Shown: positions 25,895 to 36,046 of the stretch, piece after piece | How the letters are laid out: each line of letters starts with the position of its first letter | Position numbering within the stretch: position 1 is the first letter of the stretch | NCBI GenBank assembly: GCA_050253075.1 | Contig: JBFWJS010000002.1 | Location: 352,001 to 416,000, forward strand | Source of the DNA: Deferribacterales bacterium | Lineage (GTDB): Bacteria; Chrysiogenota; Deferribacteres; Deferribacterales; Geovibrionaceae | DNA length: 64,000 nucleotides | Direction of reading: 5' to 3' | Made by a program: the position numbers and the translations under genes | Notes under the pieces: model-generated | Told to the model about the DNA's origin: nothing | The model's database searches: none | Seen by the model: only the letters and a program-made list of their open reading frames with translations

Positions 25895-26303
25895 TAAGGA
25901 GAACTATGTATATATGACGTAAAAAGAATTGTCAAGCATATAGATAGATTTTTTTTACCTCTTTATACATTTTTTTGTATTTCCCCCGTCATCTCTCTGA
26001 CACATCCTATATATATTATTCTCGTACTTATTATTTTCAGGAGATTTCGTCCATGAAAAGTTACAAAATACTGCCCATAACCACCCTCGCATATACCCCT
26101 GCTTGCGGGCTGTAACAAGAATGAACGACAACGACTTCGGCATAGCAGATGCCGAGACAGTCTTTTATATAATATCACTCCCTATTCATTAATAACCCCC
26201 TATTCGTTTGTTTAAGCCGGTGCTGAAAGGTGCCGGCACTTTTTTTCATTGACAAAGCCTTATCCCCCAAGTATCTACATATTTTCAGCAATGCGGGTGA
26301 CAA

Positions 26304-27170
26304 ATGATCAAAGGTATACTTATCGCTCTTATTTCAGCTTGTGCATACGCCACTCTGCCGATATTCGGAAAGATGGGCTACGAGGTCGGCTTATCCGCCG
26401 TAAACATGCTCGCATACAGGTTTACCTTTGGGGCGGCTGCCCTTGCCCTGCTTCTGGCTTTTTCGAAACCTAAGGCACTGGTGCCGTCTTTCAGACTGTT
26501 GCTTAAGTGCGCAGGGCTCGGCATAGGTCTTTATATGATGCAGAGCTTCTTCTTTTTCAAAGCGGTGCAATACATCCCAGCATCCACCACATCACTGATA
26601 CTATACATATATCCCCTTGTGGTGCTGATACTTTCCACTGTTTTCCTTAAGATAAAGTTCCGCATGGCTTCACTGATATCCATCGTTCTCATAATGATCG
26701 GGTGCTGTCTGGTGTTTTACGATGCGTTCCAGCGCGAGCTGAACCTCACAGGGCTGATATTCGCCCTCGCCGCACCGATAACATTCGGAGCATACCTAAC
26801 ACTCAGTCAGGTAGTGCTTAAGAATGAAAAGCCGACGACGGTGGCGCTTTACATGATGCTTCTCACAGGGATAGGCTTCACCATCATCAACGGCGGTCTG
26901 CCTATAACCACGGCGACAAGCTCACAGCTTATGGTCGGGCTTGGGCTCGGTCTGATACCTGCGGCGATAGCCATACTCACACTTTATATATCCATAGAGA
27001 TGATAGGAGCGACATACGTATCCGTCTTCAGCTCCATAGAGCCTGCGGTGACGCTGCTTCTTGCGGGTATGCTGCTGGGTGAAAATATCGTGATATACCA
27101 GATATACGGCGTAGGTCTCCTGATGCTAGGCATCATCGTGCCGAATATGAAGCTGATCAAAAACAGATAA
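26304..27170 (+). CDS. EamA/DMT family transporter
   Basis: 10 TM helices in two repeats; IGATYVSVFSSIEP..LLGE. Confidence 0.9.
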   Translation: MIKGILIALISACAYATLPIFGKMGYEVGLSAVNMLAYRFTFGAAALALLLAFSKPKALVPSFRLLLKCAGLGIGLYMMQSFFFFKAVQYIPASTTSLILYIYPLVVLILSTVFLKIKFRMASLISIVLIMIGCCLVFYDAFQRELNLTGLIFALAAPITFGAYLTLSQVVLKNEKPTTVALYMMLLTGIGFTIINGGLPITTATSSQLMVGLGLGLIPAAIAILTLYISIEMIGATYVSVFSSIEPAVTLLLAGMLLGENIVIYQIYGVGLLMLGIIVPNMKLIKNR

Positions 27171-27174
27171 ACCA

Positions 27175-27624
27175 TTAAAGCAGCTTATCTATCTTATCCT
27201 TCCAGTCGTCAGAATCTTTTATGATGACAGGGTCATACCCCTTTGCTTTTATGTGTGACGTGATGCGTGCAAGAGTCGCTCTGTCCTTCGCATGGACGAC
27301 GACAACCTTGTCACCGCCTTCAACAGTCCCTCCGATGGATTCTCTCACCTGCTCCAACAGCTCGATGAGCTTCTCCACCCCGCTTTCAAAGACGCTCCTT
27401 TTGATATGTTCCTCGCTCGCACCGAGACTGCCGTAGACAGCGCTGTCCCTCGGAGAGAACACTATAAGCCCGAGCTTCTGCATATATACGCTGGAGTGAC
27501 CGAATTCGTCCGAGATCAGCTTCCCCGCATACTGCAAAACCTTGTCTTTGGCGTCATAGTCGTCATATTTAAGACTGCACGCCATTTTCACCAGATTGTC
27601 TGCTATGTCGTATGTTTTTCCCAT
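27175..27624 (-). CDS. Hypothetical protein ending in a degenerate start of a TIR-like nucleotide-binding domain
   Basis: 149-aa ORF; C-terminal KVVVVHAKD..GYDPVII resembles the KVFIVHGHD..GLEPII motif. Confidence 0.55.
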   Translation of the reverse strand: MGKTYDIADNLVKMACSLKYDDYDAKDKVLQYAGKLISDEFGHSSVYMQKLGLIVFSPRDSAVYGSLGASEEHIKRSVFESGVEKLIELLEQVRESIGGTVEGGDKVVVVHAKDRATLARITSHIKAKGYDPVIIKDSDDWKDKIDKLL

Positions 27625-27664
27625 ATACTAATAATACTTTGAAATACAGATATTGAAACAGGAA

Positions 27665-29383
27665 TTATAACTTTACAGGTACATCGGCGTAAAAAGCGTA
27701 CCTGTTCTTCCCTGTTGCTTTGACATAATACATGGCTCTGTCCGCCATAACCATAAGGTCTGAGTGGTCTTTGGAATCATCAGGATAAACACTCACGCCG
27801 AGGCTGGCCCCGACGAGAAACTCATATCCATCTATGTTCAGTGGTTCATTTATCTTATTTAAGATGCGCTCAGCCACGGCTGATACCTCATTAAGTCCCG
27901 TCACGCCCTCAAGGAGAATTACAAATTCATCCCCGCCGATGCGTGCCGCCGTGTCGCTGGCTCTTATGCTGTCTTTCAGCCTTACGGCTATCTCCTGCAG
28001 AGCCTTGTCCCCTGCATCGTGTCCGAGGGTGTCGTTTATAGGTTTGAATCCGTCGAGGTCGAGGTATATCACGGCATTCTTCAGGCTGTCTCTGCTGCGC
28101 CTCTTCATGGCTTTTGATATCCTGTCGGCTAGGAGCTCCCTGTTCGGCAGCCCTGTCAGCTTGTCGTGCAGGGCGAGGTATCTTATATATTCATCCTGCT
28201 TCTTTTTTTCAGTCACGTCTCTGATGACTACCTGCACGGCTGTGGTACCGTCCATTTCAAAAGGCATGGCGGCGTATTCCACATGTATCAGGCTTCCGTC
28301 CACACGCAGCATATCTGTCTCTATCAAAGGGAGCGAACGCTTTTTAACATAAAGCTCATCAAGACGTTCTTTGACAGCCTCGTGCCTCTCCTCGGGGAAG
28401 AAGCCTATGACATCACGTCCGAGTATCTCTTCCTCTGTTTTTGCGCCTAAGATAGCAGCCCCCGCGGGATTGATGTATTTCAGCACGCCCTTCTTATGTA
28501 TTACGATGCCGTCGGGTGACAGCTCCACAAGCTGTCTGTATCTGCTCTCTGAGCTTCTCAGGCTGTCCTCTATCACTTTTTTATCGGTGATGTCTTTTAC
28601 GGTTACGAGCAGAACTTCGTCGCCCATCTTATTTATACGTGTGACAAAAACCTCGACGTCTATAACGCTCCCGCAGGCAGGCTTTTTCAGCTGCCATGTG
28701 AAGAACTGGTCTGTACCGTTGAAAGCATCTTTCAGCAGTTTATCAGCCACTTTGATGTTTATCTCTTTCGGTGTAATGTTTGCGATGTTGCCTATGTCAG
28801 ACATCTGCTCTATGTCTATATCCAGCATTTCGAGCAGCTTCATGTTATAGCTGATGATATTGCCGTTTATGTCCAAGATTAAGATAGAGTCCTGTATGCC
28901 GTGGAAAATGTTGCAGAGGAACTCTTCCTTGCGGTCTTTGTCCTCGATGGCGACCCATTTCTTTTCGCCGTTTTCGTCTACATAGCTTTTGGTGAGGCTC
29001 TCACCCGTATATTTATCGAAAAAGAGCACATGACCTGCGATCTTTCCGTTTTCGTCGTTGAGATTTACGATGTTCAGTATGCAGTCGATGTATTGACCGC
29101 CTTTTTTGCGGAATTTTATAAATATGCCAGATCTGTTTCGCCTCTGCCCCGGCATATGACTACAGCTGGCGTAGAGGTCCTCCACGTTATCGGGGTGTAC
29201 GAGGGTGTCGAGGCATAGCCCTCTGAGGTCTTCGTCTGCATAGCCTGTCACGGCGCACATCTTACCGTTCACACGGACTATCTTCCCCGCTTCGGTCACA
29301 AGGATAATGCCTGTAAATGGGTTCTCAAACAGCCTTTCGTCTGCAATAGTTTCGATTTTCACTTTAATACCCGATGTTTTCAT
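27665..29383 (-). CDS. PAS-domain diguanylate cyclase
   Basis: Three PAS-like repeats, HDKLTGLPNR, DLDGFKPIND, RASD I-site, intact GGDEF. Confidence 0.95.
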   Translation of the reverse strand: MKTSGIKVKIETIADERLFENPFTGIILVTEAGKIVRVNGKMCAVTGYADEDLRGLCLDTLVHPDNVEDLYASCSHMPGQRRNRSGIFIKFRKKGGQYIDCILNIVNLNDENGKIAGHVLFFDKYTGESLTKSYVDENGEKKWVAIEDKDRKEEFLCNIFHGIQDSILILDINGNIISYNMKLLEMLDIDIEQMSDIGNIANITPKEINIKVADKLLKDAFNGTDQFFTWQLKKPACGSVIDVEVFVTRINKMGDEVLLVTVKDITDKKVIEDSLRSSESRYRQLVELSPDGIVIHKKGVLKYINPAGAAILGAKTEEEILGRDVIGFFPEERHEAVKERLDELYVKKRSLPLIETDMLRVDGSLIHVEYAAMPFEMDGTTAVQVVIRDVTEKKKQDEYIRYLALHDKLTGLPNRELLADRISKAMKRRSRDSLKNAVIYLDLDGFKPINDTLGHDAGDKALQEIAVRLKDSIRASDTAARIGGDEFVILLEGVTGLNEVSAVAERILNKINEPLNIDGYEFLVGASLGVSVYPDDSKDHSDLMVMADRAMYYVKATGKNRYAFYADVPVKL

Positions 29384-29411
29384 AGATTTGACTTTATAAA
29401 ATTCATCTAAC

Positions 29412-29438
29412 TAATCGACCATTAAATTCAAGAGTTTA
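29412..29438 (-). promoter_or_regulatory. sigma28-like promoter of the diguanylate cyclase gene
   Basis: TAAA-N15-GTCGATTA on the minus strand. Confidence 0.65.
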
Positions 29439-29498
29439 ATTATATTCTGCGCTTCACAATCACTCCTCATAGCTTTATAATCACATAACGGAGGAGCA

Positions 29499-32400
29499 AT
29501 GCTGAAAGTATACACGGGCAACCGTCTGGACGACCTGCTTTTACAGATGGACGGAAACATCACGGCTAGCTGTGTGAACCCTCTGGCGAAGGTTCCCGTA
29601 TGCATCCAGACCCCCGGTATGCAGCGATGGATAGGCATAAAACTGGCAAAGCTGACAGGCATCAGCGCAAACCTCGACTTCATATTCCCCGGAGCCCTGA
29701 TGAAGAGGCTCTCGGGCGTCGGCGCAGGGGAAAAAGCTCCATGGGCAGAGAAAGATGATCTGGTCTGGCGGGTGATGCATGCCCTGCTCTCTCTACCCGA
29801 CGAGCCGATCTATAAAAACATAAACAATTATCTGAAAGACGACACCGACGGCATAAGATCATTCCGTCTGGCACGCCGTGTTGCGGACGTCTTCGACCAA
29901 TACCAGATATACAGACCAGAGATGGTGCTCGGCTGGCTGAAACCAAAGGCTGAGAACCTACCCAATGAAGATAGCGACCTATGGCAGCCGGAAGTATTCC
30001 GAAGGATATTCAGCAAACCCGACAGCTGTAAGACATCCGTATTCGACAAAACTATCCGCAGATGTAAAACATGCTATGAAGGGACAGAAAACACAGTGCA
30101 CGTATTCGGCATCAGCGTACTGCCGAAGTACTTCATAGACATGCTTAAAGCCGCATCGAAACACATAGACATATGCTTCTATCTGCTGAACCCCAGCATG
30201 GAATACTGGGGGGACAGCCTCACGAATAAAGAGAAACGCTGGAGGGAAAAACGCCAGCCCGATACAGAATTTTACGAACTGCACGAACTCCTCGACAACC
30301 TCGGGGTGATAGGCAGAGATTTCTTTGACTATATATACAGCTCCGACGACGAGATGATCACAGACGAACATTTCGAAGAGATAGAGCCCGTCAGCCTGCT
30401 TTCATCCATCCAGCATGAGATACTGCACCTATCACGCTCAGAGGCAAGCCCGTCCAACGACGGATCGATAATCATAAACAACTGTCACAACCCCCTCCGA
30501 GAACTGGAGACACTGTACGACACACTCCTAGACCTGTTCAACACAGATAAAACCCTCGAGGCATCAGACATCCTAATCATGACGCCCGAGATAGAGAGCT
30601 ATGCTCCGTATATAAAGTCAGTATTCGACAATCCATACGGAGAGCGTGAACGCATCCCGTACTCCATAGCTGACGTCAGCGAGAAACATGTGAATAAGCC
30701 CGCAGGTATATTCCTCGAGCTTCTGGAAACAGTAAGGGGCGACTTCACCCTTTCTGATGTGGCAAAGCTGATGGCGAACGAACCCGTCGCAAACAAATTC
30801 GGCATAAACAGCGCAGACCTCGCCACCATAACAAACATGCTGAACACGGCAGGAGCCTTCTGGGGATACGGCGCAGACCATCTGAAAGCCGAAGGACTCA
30901 GCATAGATGACAAATTCACATGGGAACGTGCACTCCGCAGGATAGCACTCGGGCTGGCCGAGGGGAACACATGCGGGGTATATAACGATGCCTCAGCAAT
31001 TAACGTACCTTTCAGCATGTCTGCACAGATAGGCGGTCTAATGAAATTCACAGACCTCGCAAAGACATATGCCTCAAAGCTCACATGTAAAAAGACCGTA
31101 TCCGAATGGTGCGCAGTTTTGCAGTCTATGGCGCAGGACTTCCTTCTTGAAACATTTGAAAACGCAGACGACATCCTCTACCTGAATAAATGCATAACAG
31201 ACATAAACACAGAGTCAGAGAAAGGCGGCTTTGACAAAGCTATCCCATCGGAGCCTGTATTAGAGAGGCTCACTGATAAACTAAACGAGACACGGGGCGC
31301 AAAAGGCTTCATCTCTGGCAGAGTAACATTCTGTGCTATGCTCCCCATGAGGAGTATCCCTTTCAAAGTTATATGCATCATAGGCTTGAACGAAAACACT
31401 TTCCCCCGACAAAAGTCCTCTCTGGAATTTGACCTGATGGCGAAACACCCCGCAAAGGGGGATAGAAACAACAGAGACAGCGACAGATACCTCTTTCTGG
31501 AGACACTGATATCAGCGAAAGAAAGACTCATACTCAGCTATGTGGGGCAGAGCGAAAGGGACAACAAGGAGCTTCCTCCGTCAACCCTGATAACGGAACT
31601 GACAACACACATCAACTCCCGCTTTGGCATAGACGACATTATAGCAAAGCAGAAGCTGCACAGTTTCTCCAAAGACTACTTTAAAAATGATAGACTGTTC
31701 ACTTATTCAAGCGATAAGTATAATACCGCTTTGGCTTTCTCATCGGCAAAGTCTCAGCATAGATTCTGCACCGAGATGCCCGATGTGGACGATATATCCG
31801 AAGTCACTCTTTCAGACTTTGAGAACTTCTTTATAAGCCCTCCTGAACAGTTCCTTAAAAAGACTCTGGGTATAAGGCCGAAGATGTACGACGACACACT
31901 CCCCGAAACAGAAGTGCTCAGCATGGACAGCCTTCGTAAATACGGCATAACAAACGAAGCCCTGACAGAAAGATTAGCGGGGAAAGACCCTGACAATATG
32001 CTCGAATACCTCTATGAGACAGCACAGCTTCCTCTGGAGAACCTAGGCACATACCATATATCAGATACGAAATCGACCACTGCCCATCTTGCGGAAAAAG
32101 CATTTGAGGCACTTGGCGGACTGCCTGAGGATAAGAGTATTGATATAGACGTAGAAGGACTGCGCATTACGGGTAAAGTTTCGGGCGTCTCAGAGGACCA
32201 GCATGTTTACATGTGCATATCTTCAATAAAGCCGAAGTACATTATGCGTGGATGGATACGGCATCTCATCCTGAACAGCATACGCCCCACTAAAACCACC
32301 GTAATGACAGCGGAGAAACCAATCGAGTTTCAGCCTGTCAGCCCTGATCACCTGAAAGTGCTGGCAGAATACTTTAAACAGGGGCAGAAACTGCCTATAA

Positions 32401-32585
32401 AGTTCCACATAACTGATGCTATGGACGCTGTAATGTCTAAAAGACCGTATAAGCCTGATGATTTTAATAATATGTCTGAAGACTATGCATACCGCATATG
32501 CTACGGCAGAGCACGGGATTTAGATATGGACGCTGTCAGAGATATCATAACGCCGATAGCGGATATCATCGGAGGCGGGAAATGA
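29499..32585 (+). CDS. recC: Exodeoxyribonuclease V gamma subunit
   Basis: GNRLDDL, VADVFDQYQIYRP, CHNPLRELE, VTFCAMLPMRSIPF, DRYLFLE. Confidence 0.95.
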   Translation: MLKVYTGNRLDDLLLQMDGNITASCVNPLAKVPVCIQTPGMQRWIGIKLAKLTGISANLDFIFPGALMKRLSGVGAGEKAPWAEKDDLVWRVMHALLSLPDEPIYKNINNYLKDDTDGIRSFRLARRVADVFDQYQIYRPEMVLGWLKPKAENLPNEDSDLWQPEVFRRIFSKPDSCKTSVFDKTIRRCKTCYEGTENTVHVFGISVLPKYFIDMLKAASKHIDICFYLLNPSMEYWGDSLTNKEKRWREKRQPDTEFYELHELLDNLGVIGRDFFDYIYSSDDEMITDEHFEEIEPVSLLSSIQHEILHLSRSEASPSNDGSIIINNCHNPLRELETLYDTLLDLFNTDKTLEASDILIMTPEIESYAPYIKSVFDNPYGERERIPYSIADVSEKHVNKPAGIFLELLETVRGDFTLSDVAKLMANEPVANKFGINSADLATITNMLNTAGAFWGYGADHLKAEGLSIDDKFTWERALRRIALGLAEGNTCGVYNDASAINVPFSMSAQIGGLMKFTDLAKTYASKLTCKKTVSEWCAVLQSMAQDFLLETFENADDILYLNKCITDINTESEKGGFDKAIPSEPVLERLTDKLNETRGAKGFISGRVTFCAMLPMRSIPFKVICIIGLNENTFPRQKSSLEFDLMAKHPAKGDRNNRDSDRYLFLETLISAKERLILSYVGQSERDNKELPPSTLITELTTHINSRFGIDDIIAKQKLHSFSKDYFKNDRLFTYSSDKYNTALAFSSAKSQHRFCTEMPDVDDISEVTLSDFENFFISPPEQFLKKTLGIRPKMYDDTLPETEVLSMDSLRKYGITNEALTERLAGKDPDNMLEYLYETAQLPLENLGTYHISDTKSTTAHLAEKAFEALGGLPEDKSIDIDVEGLRITGKVSGVSEDQHVYMCISSIKPKYIMRGWIRHLILNSIRPTKTTVMTAEKPIEFQPVSPDHLKVLAEYFKQGQKLPIKFHITDAMDAVMSKRPYKPDDFNNMSEDYAYRICYGRARDLDMDAVRDIITPIADIIGGGK

Positions 32586-35500
32586 GCCACAAACAGATAG
32601 ACCTGCTCACCGCTCCGCTCAAAGGAACTGCGCTCATCGAGGCAAATGCAGGCACGGGAAAAACGTATAACATCACAGCCCTCTTCACCCGCATGGTAAC
32701 AGAGGAAAAGACCCATCAGGGACTCCCCGTACCTGTCGAATCTATACTGGTCGTGACATACACTAAGGCAGCAGTATCCGACCTGAAATCTAAGATATAT
32801 AAACGTCTTAACGATGTACTCAGTGCTATGTCAGCCCTTGAAAACGGACTTGATAAAACATTCGATGATCCTTTCCCTATGGAATATGCAGAGCACCGCA
32901 AAGAACACCTGACAGAAGATATCAAAAATATAAAGAACGCCATAAGAGACTTTGACCAATGCTCCGTATTCACCATACACGGCTTTTGCCAGCGGATGCT
33001 GAAAGAGAATGCTTTCAGCGGTGACGTCGCCTACGATGTGGAGCTAACAGGCAACAGCGCAGAGCTTATACGAAAGCCCGTGTATAACTACTGGCGGATG
33101 AATGTGTATAAAGCTCCCGTTGCCGTCATGCCCCTGCTGACAAAGACAGACCCCGAAGGGCTCATTAAATTCTATAAAAACGTTCAGAGCAACCAGGCCA
33201 TAGAGATAGCAGAGCCTGAAAAGCTGATAACGTCTGACGACATACTCAGATGTGAAGAGGAGCTGACCTCAATGCTCTCTGAGATAAAGACCTGCTACGC
33301 ATCGTCTGAAGCAGAGCTGAAAGAACTGATGGATACATCCCGCAAGGACTTTCCGTTAAATAAGAAAGTGTACCGTAAGGATCTGGTGCCGAAATCATTC
33401 GAAGAGATAGAATCTGTAATAACAAACAATACTATCCACTGCCCGCAGGATACGAAATCCATATATAGATTTACCAACGAATGCATCACAGAAAACAGCA
33501 AAGACGTAACTGTCAGCCACATTTTCTTTGACCTGATATCAAAGTGGTACGCCAAGGAGCTTGAGTTTCAGGAGATTTTAAAGGGCTTCGACGCTACTTT
33601 CAAATATAACATGTGCGTGTACATGGACGGCGTGCTGGAAAAGCATAAGGAAAAGCAGAACCTGCAGTCATACGACGACCTGATAGGCAGGATGCGGAAT
33701 GCCGTGCTGGATAACGAAGGGCACAGCAGCATGACGTCCAGCCTCCACAGGAAGTTTCAGGCGGCGCTCATTGACGAATTTCAGGATACTGACCCGTATC
33801 AGTACGACATATTCTTTAACGTTTTCGGACGGCATAACAAGCCTTTCTTTATGATAGGCGACCCGAAGCAGGCTATATACTCCTTCCGTGGTGCAGATGT
33901 CTTCGCATATCTGAAAGCTGCAGGGGCAAAGGGGAACAAATATACCCTGACAGAGAACTTCCGCTCGGACAAGGGGCTGATAGAAGGTGTGAACGCATTC
34001 TTCAAACGGGAGAACGCATTCATGCTGGAGCAGATCAGCTATATACCGTCTGTCAGTGAAAAGGACATGAAGCTGACCGTGGACGGCTCAATCCACCCGC
34101 CTATGACAGTATGGGAATGCGACAAACAGAAGCATGAAGAGATAGCCGCCTCCACAGCAAGACATATAGCTGAATTACTGAACAAATCTTCACTTAATAA
34201 TGCAAGTATCAACGGTGAACCGGTAAAACCATCAGACATAGCCGTACTCTGCCGTAAAAAAGATGAGATGATAGCCGTGAAAAATGCTCTGTCCGCTTGC
34301 AGAGTGTCCGCTGTTATGTCGGGCTCAGAGAGCGTGTTTGAGAGCGACGAGGCGAAAGAGATGGCGAGCATACTAGCAGCCGTGCTCTCGCCGTTCAGCC
34401 AGCAGATGATAAAAACGGCTCTCGCCACCACCATATTCGGATACACGGCAAAGCAGATATACGGCATAACCGAAACAGACGAATGGGACGACATCACAGA
34501 AGAATTCCGTGGGTATAACGACCTGATAAACCTGCGTGGATTTGCGCCGATGTTCTTCAGCCTTGCTTCAAAACGTGGGCTTTATAAAAATACAGCATCC
34601 ATGGATCAGGGAGAGCGGAAGCTCACAAACATGATACACATAACAGAGCTGGCGCAGACGTTCGAAGCAGACAGAAAGGCAGTGCCCGCTGACATTCTGA
34701 AATGGCTGAAAGAAAAAATAGCAAACCCGAAAGAGCGGGACGACGAAGCAGAGCTTAAGATGGACAGCGACGAAAACGCTGTGACCATCATCACCATACA
34801 TAAAAGTAAAGGTCTGGAGTATAACATCGTCTATACCCCTTTCCTGATGTATACATCGGGCGGTAAAGACATTATCCCGAAATACCATGACGGGGACAGA
34901 TTCATCATGGACCTGACAAGGTCTGACACGTCAAAAGAACTGCATAAGAAAGAAGAGCAGGCAGAAAGGCTCCGCATAGCCTACGTTGCTCTCACAAGGG
35001 CAAAGTGCGCATGTTTCACCGCATGGGGCGGTGTAACAGGGCATGATAATTCGCCCCTCGCATATCTGATAAACGGCAGTTACTCAAAATTTGACCATAG
35101 TGCAATGCACGCATACTTCACAGAGCAGTCTGTAGATATAAAGGCACTCCCGTTGCCCGATGTGCAGACATATACGGCATCAGACTCAAAACCTGAGGGC
35201 TCAAACAGAACCTTCACAGGAGAGATACCGCAGATATGGCAGCTCAACAGTTTCTCCCGTCTGATACACTCATCATCCACGGCAAAGGACACTGATCAGT
35301 TTACGAAACCCGCTACAGAAGATATAAGTGACGAACTGAACATATTTTCATTTCCAAAAGGAGCAAAGGCGGGAACATGCCTCCACGACTGTATGGAAGC
35401 TGTACATTTCGAGTCATTCACCAAAGAATCCGTTACGGAGACCGTGATGGAAAGGCTGTCTGCATACTCTTTTGACACTGACTATACTCCTGCCGTAGCG

Positions 35501-36046
35501 GGGAACATATACACCATACTGAACAAAGACATGCACGGCACAAAGCTCTCATCCCTGAAAAAAGGCGAATACGTCGCAGAGATGGAGTTTCAGATGTCGG
35601 CTAAGCCCTTTACGGCGGAAGCTCTTGCCGAGATATTTGCCAGACACGGAGAGGAAGACTATGCAAAGGCAGCGTCCACCCTCAGCTTTGAAACTGTGAA
35701 CGGCTTCATAAACGGCTTTGCCGACCTGATATTCAGCCAGAACGGCAGATACTATGTGCTGGACTGGAAGTCGAACCATCTGGGGAACAGCACATCGGCA
35801 TACTCAAACGAACGAATGCACGCTGAGATGCTCGGAAGCCACTATTACCTGCAGATGTATATATACACCCTCGCTCTGGACAGACACATGAGCAGATATA
35901 TGCATGGCTACAGCTATGAAAAGCACATAGGCGGAGGCATATACGTCTTCATGCGTGGGGTGAATGCAGAGGGTGACGAAGGGCTCTATTTCCACAGACC
36001 GAACGAAAACGTGATAAGAGATATGCAGGAGCTGACAAAGGGATGA
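32582..36046 (+). CDS. recB: Exodeoxyribonuclease V beta subunit
   Basis: IEANAGTGKT, DEFQDTD, IGDPKQAIYSFRGAD, TIHKSKGLE, nuclease motif DLIF..DWKSN. ATGA overlap with the recC stop. Confidence 0.96.
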   Translation: MSHKQIDLLTAPLKGTALIEANAGTGKTYNITALFTRMVTEEKTHQGLPVPVESILVVTYTKAAVSDLKSKIYKRLNDVLSAMSALENGLDKTFDDPFPMEYAEHRKEHLTEDIKNIKNAIRDFDQCSVFTIHGFCQRMLKENAFSGDVAYDVELTGNSAELIRKPVYNYWRMNVYKAPVAVMPLLTKTDPEGLIKFYKNVQSNQAIEIAEPEKLITSDDILRCEEELTSMLSEIKTCYASSEAELKELMDTSRKDFPLNKKVYRKDLVPKSFEEIESVITNNTIHCPQDTKSIYRFTNECITENSKDVTVSHIFFDLISKWYAKELEFQEILKGFDATFKYNMCVYMDGVLEKHKEKQNLQSYDDLIGRMRNAVLDNEGHSSMTSSLHRKFQAALIDEFQDTDPYQYDIFFNVFGRHNKPFFMIGDPKQAIYSFRGADVFAYLKAAGAKGNKYTLTENFRSDKGLIEGVNAFFKRENAFMLEQISYIPSVSEKDMKLTVDGSIHPPMTVWECDKQKHEEIAASTARHIAELLNKSSLNNASINGEPVKPSDIAVLCRKKDEMIAVKNALSACRVSAVMSGSESVFESDEAKEMASILAAVLSPFSQQMIKTALATTIFGYTAKQIYGITETDEWDDITEEFRGYNDLINLRGFAPMFFSLASKRGLYKNTASMDQGERKLTNMIHITELAQTFEADRKAVPADILKWLKEKIANPKERDDEAELKMDSDENAVTIITIHKSKGLEYNIVYTPFLMYTSGGKDIIPKYHDGDRFIMDLTRSDTSKELHKKEEQAERLRIAYVALTRAKCACFTAWGGVTGHDNSPLAYLINGSYSKFDHSAMHAYFTEQSVDIKALPLPDVQTYTASDSKPEGSNRTFTGEIPQIWQLNSFSRLIHSSSTAKDTDQFTKPATEDISDELNIFSFPKGAKAGTCLHDCMEAVHFESFTKESVTETVMERLSAYSFDTDYTPAVAGNIYTILNKDMHGTKLSSLKKGEYVAEMEFQMSAKPFTAEALAEIFARHGEEDYAKAASTLSFETVNGFINGFADLIFSQNGRYYVLDWKSNHLGNSTSAYSNERMHAEMLGSHYYLQMYIYTLALDRHMSRYMHGYSYEKHIGGGIYVFMRGVNAEGDEGLYFHRPNENVIRDMQELTKG

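Noticed and set aside
24085..25900. Retron or prophage interpretation of the ATPase/tRNA region
   Set aside because: No reverse transcriptase, msr-msd-like inverted repeats, integrase or phage genes are in the window.
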